Assembly (NCBI GenBank): GCA_963797095.1
Contig: CAWCNY010000002.1
Location: 1,184,001-1,248,000, forward strand
Length of the DNA stretch: 64,000 bases
Reading direction: 5' to 3'
Origin: an uncultured Chloroflexia bacterium
Lineage (GTDB): Bacteria > Chloroflexota > Chloroflexia > QHBQ01 > JADMIH01
Shown here: one piece after another, positions 20,451 through 28,384 of the stretch
Layout of the letters: every line of letters starts with the position of its first letter
Position numbering within the stretch: the first letter of the stretch is position 1
Notes under the pieces: model-generated
What the model was told of the DNA's origin: nothing
The model's database searches: none
The model's input: the letters and a program-made list of their open reading frames with translations, nothing else
Made by a program: the position numbers and the translations under genes

Positions 20451-23219
20451 GTGATGACAAACCAACAATCCACGGACGGGACCTCCACACTTACATCTAC
20501 TAACCGGCTTTCCAAGGATGCGGCTATGGACCCCCGTTCACTACTCACCAACCATATACTCCCCTACACCTCGGCCCCCCCGGCTGCCAGGTCTCTTGTT
20601 GTTGCCCGCACCCCGGCCGGTTCCAGCCATCACACCCTCTTCAACCTCTCAATGCACGAGTGGTTGCGCCTCATGCTCGCTATAGTGGTGACCACCACCT
20701 CCGTCGTCTTCATGCTCGCCGTCCCTTTCCTCACAGGCCGTCCCTCCGACCTCGGCTTTACCTTTGCCGGCGACCAGACTGGGCGCGAAATTGTCCAATG
20801 GGTCGTGCCTAACGGGCTTGGCTACAACGAGGGCGTGCGCCCCGGCGACCGGGTGCTCGCCGCCTGGAGCCTCGGCGGCACAACCGAGGACGGAGGGGGC
20901 ATCGCCGTAAGCGTTGCTCTCGACGGGGGCAGCGGCAGCACTGTCACCATCTCCACCAGGAGCGCCGGGAATATCTCCCCGTTACAGAAGTTCAGCTTCC
21001 TCTTTCTTGCTGTCATCTTCATTGCCGTCGGTGGACCCGTCTACGTCAAAGCCAGGCAACGGTCCGCAGCCTCGGCTTTCTACCTCTTCTGCTTAGCCAG
21101 CGCAATCTGTCTGATCCTCGCCTCGATATTCCACCTCCAGTACCCATGGATACTGGCATCTATGATTATCGGGATAACCGTGTGGGCCTCTGCTTTCGCA
21201 ATCTTCTTCCTCAAATTCCCACTAAAGGTAGGCAAGACCGCTCGCCAGCATAACTTTTTCGTTTTCGCGATTGTATTTCTTGGTTTCGCGGCTGTAGCTC
21301 CTTATTTGTACAGCTTCTTTGTCGATTCCGATTACTATACAGTTGCCCAGACCGCGATCTCGGCCTACTTAGCTCTATGTACGGTAATCGGGCTGGGCAG
21401 CCTGGTACGGGCCTTCTTTATGCAGCGCTCCAAACTGGTGCAAAACCAGCTGTCGGTGCTTGTAATCGGTACGGCCCTGGCTGTTTGCCCCTCACTCCTT
21501 TTGGGCATACTCCCTACCCTGGTCGGTATACAGGGGCTTGGGGTAGAGTTTACCGCTCTCTCGTTGGGCATCATGCCCATGTCGCTGGCCTACGCCATCA
21601 CCCAGCACCAATTGCTTGGCATCCGTGGGCTGGTGCGTCGTGGCGTCATCTATGTGGTTATGGGCTTCGCGGTGCTGATGATCTTCTCCCTGGGTGCGGT
21701 AGCGTTGGGGGCGGTTCTACCTGAGGGCTGGTATAGCGGCGACTTCGGTCTGCTAGCTGTCAGCTTCTTTGTCTTCGTAATAGCGCTCTCCTACGGCTAC
21801 ATCCAGAACACAGTTGAAGTATGGGTTGATAAGTTTATCTACCACGACGGTTATAACTACAAAGAGGCCCTTCTTGAGTTCAGCTCCCAGCTTGCCACCG
21901 AGCAGGACCTCGACAGGCTGACAACCAATCTGGTGGAGCGCACCTGCAACCTGATGAACCTCACCTGCGGGGTTTTGCTCCTCGCAGAGCATCCTGAGAT
22001 CGGACCGTCGGCCCAGCCATCTTATCCAACCGTCCCCAACGGCGATGCCGCACAGACAAACAGACCTCAGGCCACGGATGAGTTGCGCGTTGTGCCTTAT
22101 GCTCGATTCGGGCAAGGCTCAGAATGGTTGATCGAAGGTCTTCAGAAGGAACTGGCAGACCTGGGCATTCACCTGGTGGGTAGTGATTTTCCTCAGCTCA
22201 TGTACTTCAACAATCGCACTCAGCCCCTGGAAGGCCTTGACTTTTCGAGCTACAACAGCGGCCAGCTATTCGATAACTATAATAGCTCCAAGTTAGAGGG
22301 TATTCTCTCTACCACCGTTGCCGGCCAGCCTGGGCAATCTATCACCACGGGTCAATTTGAATTTGAGGGCGAAGCGCCTGCGCGCCCAGACGGTGCGGTG
22401 CAAGTCCCCAATACAGGTACAGGCGCACGGATGATGCGCTCATTCCTGGGAGTGCCTCTCTGGACCCGCCAGCGTTTCGTGGGTATGCTCTGCCTCGGAA
22501 ACAAGCGCACCGGCGAGCACTTCACCAAAGACGACCTGGCCTTGCTCGGCACGCTCAGCACCCAGGCTTCCCTCGCCATATACAACGCACAACTCTTCGA
22601 AGCCCAGCGCCAGGCCTTGATCGGCACAATCGAGGCGCTCGCCCATGCTATCGAGGCCAAAGACGGCTACACCATACAGCACTGCGAGCGTATGACCGAG
22701 CGTGCCACCGCCCTCGCCCAGGCGATGAATCTGCCCGCACATGAGGTCGAGAACATCCGCATGGGCGCGATCCTGCACGATATAGGCAAGATCGGCATTC
22801 CCGACTCCATCCTCAATAAACCAGCCAGGCTTACTCCCGAAGAGTACGAAATAATGAAAGAGCACCCGGTTATTGGAGCGAGGATCGTGCAGTCGGTGGG
22901 TGCGCTCACAGGAGTTGTCTCTATTGTGAAGCACCACCACGAACGCTTCGATGGCAGCGGCTACCCTGACAGACTTAAGGGCACCGATATACCGCTTGGC
23001 GCTCGCATCATCGGGGTTGTCGATACCTACGGCGCTATGACAGAGGATCGCGTGTACAGGGCTGCTCCCGGTCATCGAAAAGCTGTCGAAGAACTCGCCA
23101 GTCTTGCAGGTAAGCAATTCGACCCTGAGCTAGTAACCGCGTTCCTCCTTCTGCTCGACGTTCGCCCTGATCTGGCCGAGCTTTCCTCCACGCTCCAGGC
23201 AACCACTCGCCTCCTGTAA
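20451..23219 (+). CDS. Membrane sensor: TM-PDZ-multi-TM (ComP-like) + GAF + HD-GYP phosphodiesterase
   Basis: PDZ-like VQWVVPNGLGYNEGVRPGDRVLA, about 8 further TM helices, DKFIYHDGYNYKEALLEFSSQL, GAF end VPL...VGMLCLGNK...F...DL.LL.TL..QASLAIYNA, then EAKDGYT..H, LHDIGKIG, HHHERFDGSGYP. Confidence 0.85.
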   Translation: MMTNQQSTDGTSTLTSTNRLSKDAAMDPRSLLTNHILPYTSAPPAARSLVVARTPAGSSHHTLFNLSMHEWLRLMLAIVVTTTSVVFMLAVPFLTGRPSDLGFTFAGDQTGREIVQWVVPNGLGYNEGVRPGDRVLAAWSLGGTTEDGGGIAVSVALDGGSGSTVTISTRSAGNISPLQKFSFLFLAVIFIAVGGPVYVKARQRSAASAFYLFCLASAICLILASIFHLQYPWILASMIIGITVWASAFAIFFLKFPLKVGKTARQHNFFVFAIVFLGFAAVAPYLYSFFVDSDYYTVAQTAISAYLALCTVIGLGSLVRAFFMQRSKLVQNQLSVLVIGTALAVCPSLLLGILPTLVGIQGLGVEFTALSLGIMPMSLAYAITQHQLLGIRGLVRRGVIYVVMGFAVLMIFSLGAVALGAVLPEGWYSGDFGLLAVSFFVFVIALSYGYIQNTVEVWVDKFIYHDGYNYKEALLEFSSQLATEQDLDRLTTNLVERTCNLMNLTCGVLLLAEHPEIGPSAQPSYPTVPNGDAAQTNRPQATDELRVVPYARFGQGSEWLIEGLQKELADLGIHLVGSDFPQLMYFNNRTQPLEGLDFSSYNSGQLFDNYNSSKLEGILSTTVAGQPGQSITTGQFEFEGEAPARPDGAVQVPNTGTGARMMRSFLGVPLWTRQRFVGMLCLGNKRTGEHFTKDDLALLGTLSTQASLAIYNAQLFEAQRQALIGTIEALAHAIEAKDGYTIQHCERMTERATALAQAMNLPAHEVENIRMGAILHDIGKIGIPDSILNKPARLTPEEYEIMKEHPVIGARIVQSVGALTGVVSIVKHHHERFDGSGYPDRLKGTDIPLGARIIGVVDTYGAMTEDRVYRAAPGHRKAVEELASLAGKQFDPELVTAFLLLLDVRPDLAELSSTLQATTRLL

Positions 23220-23452
23220 CCCATAGACATCGCTCATTGAGGCGCGGGTATTTTCTCACCACAGTACCCGGTTCGAGTTCAGATTCGGACTCGCGGACGC
23301 GTAAGCTGCACCTAAAAAGAGCAAAATTGGCGGCAAAGCCGCCAATTTTGCTCTTTTTAGAAGGCCCCTCCCCGAAATATTGGGGAGGGGTTGAGGTGGG
23401 GTCTTGGGGTTACAGGAGGCGAGTGGTTGCCTGGAGCGTGGAGGAAAGCTCG
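23177..23452. repeat. 46-bp perfect inverted repeat (23177-23222 / 23407-23452) enclosing two palindromes
   Basis: cgagctttcctccacgctccaggcaaccactcgcctcctgtaaccc is the exact reverse complement of 23407-23452. Confidence 0.9.
23312..23360. repeat. Perfect 23-bp-stem hairpin (repeat or bidirectional terminator); relative at 44206-44258
   Basis: ctaaaaagagcaaaattggcggc-aaa-gccgccaattttgctctttttag. Confidence 0.85.
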
Positions 23453-23719
23453 CGCGAATGTGGAAAACTACCGGCCATATCCTGCGAATTCCGTCCGGGA
23501 TTTACCCTCCACACCGTTCCAGTGTCCGATCTTATACGGCCTTGTAAGCTATAATCATGCCTTGCCGGGTGCCGATTTCCAGGGTATTAGCCAATCTCGG
23601 CTAACACTCTGAAGCCTCTTTAACCCTCAAATCACGCCTAAAATAACCCAAATGTCCCGATTAGTAGGCAACTTTCCTAATATTCAGTACTATTTGGCTA
23701 CTACTTTGTGTAAAACCTC

Positions 23720-23748
23720 TTGACAAGGACTAATCCGTTTGGTATAGT
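23720..23748 (+). promoter_or_regulatory. Near-consensus sigma-70 promoter for the small peptide gene
   Basis: TTGACA (23720-23725), 17 bp, TATAGT (23743-23748) with extended -10 TGn. Confidence 0.8.
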
Positions 23749-23853
23749 GTGCTAGCGGAATAGCCACTCGCAATGATTTGGGGAGTAGGACCTTTCTCCT
23801 AACCCCAGGCGGTTGTGTCAAATCGGAACCCTACCACTATGAAGGAGTAGACA

Positions 23854-24045
23854 GTGAACCTCAATATTCTCGAAAAAGTAGCACGTGCAGCGAAGAAGAA
23901 TAGCAATGTGATGAAGAGCGTCGTAACCCCCACCGAGCACAAGGATCTTTCCTCACTCTCGATGCAGATCGCCGCCAACCTGCGCTCCAATGGCTCCGCC
24001 GCCAACCCGGCGATCCCTGCGCAGGTTTATAGCATGTGGATCTAA
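23854..24045 (+). CDS. 63-aa ComX-like precursor peptide with penultimate Trp
   Basis: RBS gaaggag 6 nt before GTG, own promoter and downstream hairpin, single Trp in C-terminal ...PAQVYSMWI, immediately upstream of a ComQ-like gene. Confidence 0.75.
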   Translation: MNLNILEKVARAAKKNSNVMKSVVTPTEHKDLSSLSMQIAANLRSNGSAANPAIPAQVYSMWI

Positions 24046-24081
24046 TCGCAACACGTAATCTACACAATTCTCTATATCTTC

Positions 24082-24116
24082 CCTATGGCCTGGAGCGTTC
24101 CAGGCCATAGGTGTTT
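24082..24116 (+). terminator. Hairpin/intrinsic terminator after the peptide gene
   Basis: cctatggcctgga-gcgt-tccaggccatagg followed by tgttt. Confidence 0.7.
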
Positions 24117-24127
24117 ATAATGGTTGC

Positions 24128-25192
24128 ATGAACAGCGATATCTCAACCTCGGACGATTTTGATATAGAAACCGCCCTTCTGGCAGCAGACGACGCCCTCA
24201 AGGCGACGCTCCGGCGGTATGCAGACCTCCTTCCTCCAACCCTCATCAGGATGGGCAAAACTGCTCTAGGTGCGCCGGGCAAGGTGATGCACTGGCGAGC
24301 CGTTACTGCCGAAGGCGGCGCGGCTCCAACCCCCAATTGGCCGCTGATGGTATTTCGTGGTTACAGGGCCGCTTTGCCCAGGGAAGAGCGCCACACCTGG
24401 CGTCGTGCCCTTCCCATCGTGGTGTCGGTTGAGATCATGGTGGCGGCCACCGACCTCATAGACGAATGGACCGATGGCGATCCCAGCGCCGTAATCTCCG
24501 ACTATGGCCCCGGCCAGGCGCTGAACACTGCCAGCCTGATGCTGGTGATGGCCCAGCAAGTGCTTGTGTGGGCCGCGCGTGAGGGCGATGACCGTGCTTT
24601 TGTCGCTCTTAGTGCTCTCCAGGATTTGTTGGTGGAGGCGGCGGTGGGCCAGCACCTCGATATGCTCTATGAGGGCATGGGCCTCGACGAGGTAACTCCC
24701 CAGATGAGCGGCGATATGAGCGAGAAGAAAGCAGGCGCTCTCATTTCCGGTGCGCTCAAGATGGGCGGTCTGAAGGCGGGTGCGCAGCCTGAGGTAGTGG
24801 CACTTTTGGAGCGGTTCGGCAGGCGTGTGGGTGGCGTTGCCCAGACCGCCAACGATATGCGCGATGTCATGCCACAAAGAGACTCAACTGATAGATTGGG
24901 CCAGCCTCTCACCAATCCGAAGACCGACATCCGCAAGCGCAAGCGCACCCTGCCCATTGTCTACACCCTGCGCGAGGAAAACGACAGCCCCAACCCTCTA
25001 CAGCAGGCTTTCAGTGCTCCTCCTGCCGAGGACGAAGATGAGGAAGCCCTGCGTCAGGCTATCGTAGAAGCGGGCGGTATCGAGTTCGCGAGCATGGCAC
25101 TCGATATGTATCGCCAGGACGCGGCGCAGGCCCTGCAAGAGCTTGACGCACTCCGCCCCGGCGCGCTGGATGAGCTTTCGTTCCTTCTTTAG
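24128..25192 (+). CDS. ComQ-like (class I isoprenoid synthase fold) peptide tryptophan prenyltransferase
   Basis: VEIMVAATDLIDEWTDGD with no RRG following, ALNTA, GQHLD, KKAGALI, AQTANDMRD, TDIRKRKRTLPIVY, and a C-terminal EAGGIEFASMALDMYRQ helix. Confidence 0.75.
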   Translation: MNSDISTSDDFDIETALLAADDALKATLRRYADLLPPTLIRMGKTALGAPGKVMHWRAVTAEGGAAPTPNWPLMVFRGYRAALPREERHTWRRALPIVVSVEIMVAATDLIDEWTDGDPSAVISDYGPGQALNTASLMLVMAQQVLVWAAREGDDRAFVALSALQDLLVEAAVGQHLDMLYEGMGLDEVTPQMSGDMSEKKAGALISGALKMGGLKAGAQPEVVALLERFGRRVGGVAQTANDMRDVMPQRDSTDRLGQPLTNPKTDIRKRKRTLPIVYTLREENDSPNPLQQAFSAPPAEDEDEEALRQAIVEAGGIEFASMALDMYRQDAAQALQELDALRPGALDELSFLL

Positions 25193-25204
25193 CCCTACGC
25201 CTGG

Positions 25205-27064
25205 TCAGCGGGCCAGCGGTTGCCCGCACTTGCCGCAGAAGCGCGCGTTCGGTGGGCTTATTTGACCGCAATTAGCGCACTCTATGGATGAGGTACTTGC
25301 CGGGCTTTGCGGCGTGTGCTCCGTGGTCATGGTCTGTGTAACGGAGCCTGTTTCTCCTGTCGCCTTCTCTTGCCTGATGCGCTCGGCGTGAGGGGATCCC
25401 GATTGTCCGGTGCGCAACTTGCGATTATCCCCTCCTGAGATAGCGCAATCGGGGTCGATCATATTGCCGTGCTCGTCTATAGCCTGAATGTGCAGATGCA
25501 CCTCATACTGGGCCGGCCCTCCCGGCCCGGTGCCGCCTGTCCTGCCCAGTTTCGTGTTAGCCCCCACCTGTTGACCCACCGAAACGTACACCTCCGACGC
25601 GTGCAGGTGCTGAATACGATTGCCGTTCTCCACCTTCACTTCGATCATGTTGAACGGCCCACCTGCATAAGTAACCTCGCCTGTCACGCAGGCCTCAAAA
25701 TCGAGCATGGCGGGCACGTTGTATTCATCGTTGCTGGTGAAATCTATACCTGAATACCAGGGACCCATCGAAGGACGCGTGCCAGGGCAATCGGACCTGC
25801 TGTTGGCAGCGGGCAGCCCAAAAAGCGATGCTAGGGCTTCCGGGCACGGTGTTTCTCCCTCGTTATCCTGCGAATCCTCATCCTTGGTGCTTTCCTGATC
25901 GCTCGTGTTAGCCGCATCCGTCTGGGTGAGCACTCCGCCTACAACCAGCGCTGCCTCGGCTGCATCTACCACAGGTTGGATGTCGGGTGGTATCACAGGC
26001 TCCGGCTGTACCTGCTGTGTTGGTGGTGCCGAGAAGCCTGTTTGTGTGCCGGTGGCAGGCGGGGCTTGCGGGCCAACGCCTGCCGGCTGCGTGGTCCCTG
26101 ACGGGCTAACCGTAGAAACCGTGCCAACAGCGGGGGCCGCGGGAGCCGCAACCGCAGGTACAGTGAGCGACCCTGCGCTACTCGCACTGTTCGCTGATGA
26201 GCCTGCCTGCGCGAAGCTTCTCATAGCACCGCCACCCATACCTGTGACCAGGCCGCTCGCTATAGCAGCAATCACCCCGGCTCCCACAGCTACTCCTACA
26301 GCGACAGCGTTGCTGATGTAGTCCCACGGCCTGCCCCCGAACGTGTCGGACGGATTGCCTGACCCGGCGGGGACGGATGTCGCGCCTGGGACTGGCGTCT
26401 GCCCGGGAGATGTTGCACTGCCCGGCCCCGGCGGTGGTCCGCATGCAGGGTCGTTAGCTTTGGGACCGTTTATCTGGGTAAGACTGGCGGCGATGACCTG
26501 GGCGTTGTTCGCCGAGAAGATCAGGTTGTTGGTGTTGTTTGGGTCCGGGCCGGTCAGCACCACGATAGTGGCCATAGTGTGCGTGTCGAGCAAAAGGAAC
26601 ATCTTCTCTTCGACTGTGAAATCCCCCGCGAAGCCCGTGAACTCGCCCGAGTCGTGGAGAAGCAGCGAATTGTCGGTGCGCGCTATCTCGTTGTCTCTGG
26701 CGCTGGCGGTCTTGCTAGTCCAGCTCTCTTTTGTTTCCTCAGGGCAGGCGTAATCGATCGTGATGGCTGCTCCGGAGGGGTGTCCAGGCCCCGCCGGATT
26801 AGAATCCTGTGTTGACAGGATATAGTTGCAAACCAGGCTCAATAGCACACCGTTCTGCGTAGTGGCGTGGCTTGCGTCCTCTACCACCTGATAGTCAAAG
26901 CCCCCCGGCAAGCGCGCTGCCAGGCAGTTTATAGTGTCGTCGGCGAGTGGGGCCATAAAGATAGCCTGGCCGTCTCTCAGTCCCGCCCCGCTTGCCATGC
27001 GCCCACCCGAAAGAAGGAGCGCCAGCAATACCAGCGCCGGGATGCATCTGCTTTTTGCTTTCAA
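25205..27064 (-). CDS. Membrane-anchored protein with M23-peptidase-like domain and C-terminal zinc ribbon
   Basis: Signal peptide, Cys-containing N-terminal domain, one TM, P/T/A-rich linker, GIDF...GEVTYAG...IQHLHAS...VGQQV...LGRTGGTG...HLH, and CANCG...ARFCGKCG. Confidence 0.7.
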   Translation of the reverse strand: MKAKSRCIPALVLLALLLSGGRMASGAGLRDGQAIFMAPLADDTINCLAARLPGGFDYQVVEDASHATTQNGVLLSLVCNYILSTQDSNPAGPGHPSGAAITIDYACPEETKESWTSKTASARDNEIARTDNSLLLHDSGEFTGFAGDFTVEEKMFLLLDTHTMATIVVLTGPDPNNTNNLIFSANNAQVIAASLTQINGPKANDPACGPPPGPGSATSPGQTPVPGATSVPAGSGNPSDTFGGRPWDYISNAVAVGVAVGAGVIAAIASGLVTGMGGGAMRSFAQAGSSANSASSAGSLTVPAVAAPAAPAVGTVSTVSPSGTTQPAGVGPQAPPATGTQTGFSAPPTQQVQPEPVIPPDIQPVVDAAEAALVVGGVLTQTDAANTSDQESTKDEDSQDNEGETPCPEALASLFGLPAANSRSDCPGTRPSMGPWYSGIDFTSNDEYNVPAMLDFEACVTGEVTYAGGPFNMIEVKVENGNRIQHLHASEVYVSVGQQVGANTKLGRTGGTGPGGPAQYEVHLHIQAIDEHGNMIDPDCAISGGDNRKLRTGQSGSPHAERIRQEKATGETGSVTQTMTTEHTPQSPASTSSIECANCGQISPPNARFCGKCGQPLAR

Positions 27065-27109
27065 GCGGGCCTCCTCTCTATCGCCGCCACTAGCGGGCTT
27101 ACCATCCTG

Positions 27110-28384
27110 TTACGATCCAGTCGCCTGAACCGGAGGTTGAGACTGCACCTGGGCTTCCGCGTTGGGCTGTTGAGCCTGCATTACCGGTAGCGGCGGGAAG
27201 ATTGCATTGAATACTATGAGCGTAAGCAGCGCCCCGATCATCAAGAGGCGCAGGCCGCTCCACGTGTTCCACAATCCCGCCACCACAATTGTAGAAAGGA
27301 GATAGGCAATAAAAGTCGCTCCCAGGAGCCGGAGCAAGGGGTGCACTTTGCGTATCGCCAGCGCCCATCGCTCAGGCACAGGTATCTGGCGGATCAGGTT
27401 GGCCCGCCACGCCCCGATCGCGCCGATCAACAGGGCCACCACTAACGTATCGAGCCACCCCTCGAATGTCCCCGCCAGCACCATCGTGAGCACGGTGGTA
27501 GCGACAGCCACCCGCACCACTTCAGGCACGCGATCTATCACGCCTTTCTTCTCGCCCGTCCAGCGCCAGCGTTCGAGGTTCGCCACCACGCCCGCGCGCG
27601 GCGACTTCGGCAGATACAACTGCACGACCAATTCCCGCGCTGCCGCCGCCACCATCGCCACAAGCACCAGCCAGACCGCCTGTTCCTGCACAGGGCTGAC
27701 GGTGCTCACGCCCGGCTCGGTGCCCACCAGGCTGAAAAGTGGGCGAATGAGGACCAGCATCGATTGAGACCACAGATAAATCAGCACCCCGAATATGACC
27801 GCATCGAGCGCCGCCTTCGCCCCTACGCGCACTCTGGGATCGTCAACAGTACGGAACTGGACCGCGCTCGCCAGTTGTCGCGCCAGCAACGGCAATACCA
27901 CGGCAGGCATCGCCAGCAGCACGTAGCTGATCGCTTTCCCCGCCAGTACGCCGGCAGGGTTGGGCACCCCGAAGGTTCCAACCCGGTTGCCCAGCAGCAG
28001 ATCTTGAACGATATAACCCGCAAGCAGCCCTACCCCCACGGTGCCGCTCAAAGTTGCCCCGGCCACCAGCAGCAGCAAGAAAGCCAGCGACTCGGTGTAT
28101 ACCTCATCCAGGTCGCGGAATATCAGGCGCGAAATCAGACCGAGCACAAAAGCAATAACCGGCGCGTACGCGGCTACGCCCCTGACAAGGGCGGTCCAGG
28201 CCCCATCGGCCATAGCCTGCGCCACCTGCGGGAACCAGTCGTCGAGCCACGCAGGTAAGCCGACCGACCATAGCTCCTCAAGTCGCTCGTCAATAGGCCG
28301 CCCCTTCGCAGGAGGCGATTGACTTTCCGGCATGTTACCCATGACAGGCACGGGATTATTGCTGCCTTCTGTGCCGCCGACCAT
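27110..28384 (-). CDS. Polytopic membrane protein of unknown function
   Basis: About 10 hydrophobic helices; RBS ggagg before ATG 28384; likely co-transcribed with the M23-like gene. Confidence 0.7.
   Translation of the reverse strand: MVGGTEGSNNPVPVMGNMPESQSPPAKGRPIDERLEELWSVGLPAWLDDWFPQVAQAMADGAWTALVRGVAAYAPVIAFVLGLISRLIFRDLDEVYTESLAFLLLLVAGATLSGTVGVGLLAGYIVQDLLLGNRVGTFGVPNPAGVLAGKAISYVLLAMPAVVLPLLARQLASAVQFRTVDDPRVRVGAKAALDAVIFGVLIYLWSQSMLVLIRPLFSLVGTEPGVSTVSPVQEQAVWLVLVAMVAAAARELVVQLYLPKSPRAGVVANLERWRWTGEKKGVIDRVPEVVRVAVATTVLTMVLAGTFEGWLDTLVVALLIGAIGAWRANLIRQIPVPERWALAIRKVHPLLRLLGATFIAYLLSTIVVAGLWNTWSGLRLLMIGALLTLIVFNAIFPPLPVMQAQQPNAEAQVQSQPPVQATGS

Noticed and set aside
23237-23612. ORFs 23237-23554 and 23391-23612
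   Set aside because: They translate palindromic repeats and the inverted duplication, with no RBS or protein-like features.
24128-25192. Ordinary GGPP/FPP synthase for carotenoid or quinone synthesis
   Set aside because: Lacks GKRxRP, the RRG after the first Asp-rich motif and a canonical second DDxxD, and has no isoprenoid-pathway neighbours.
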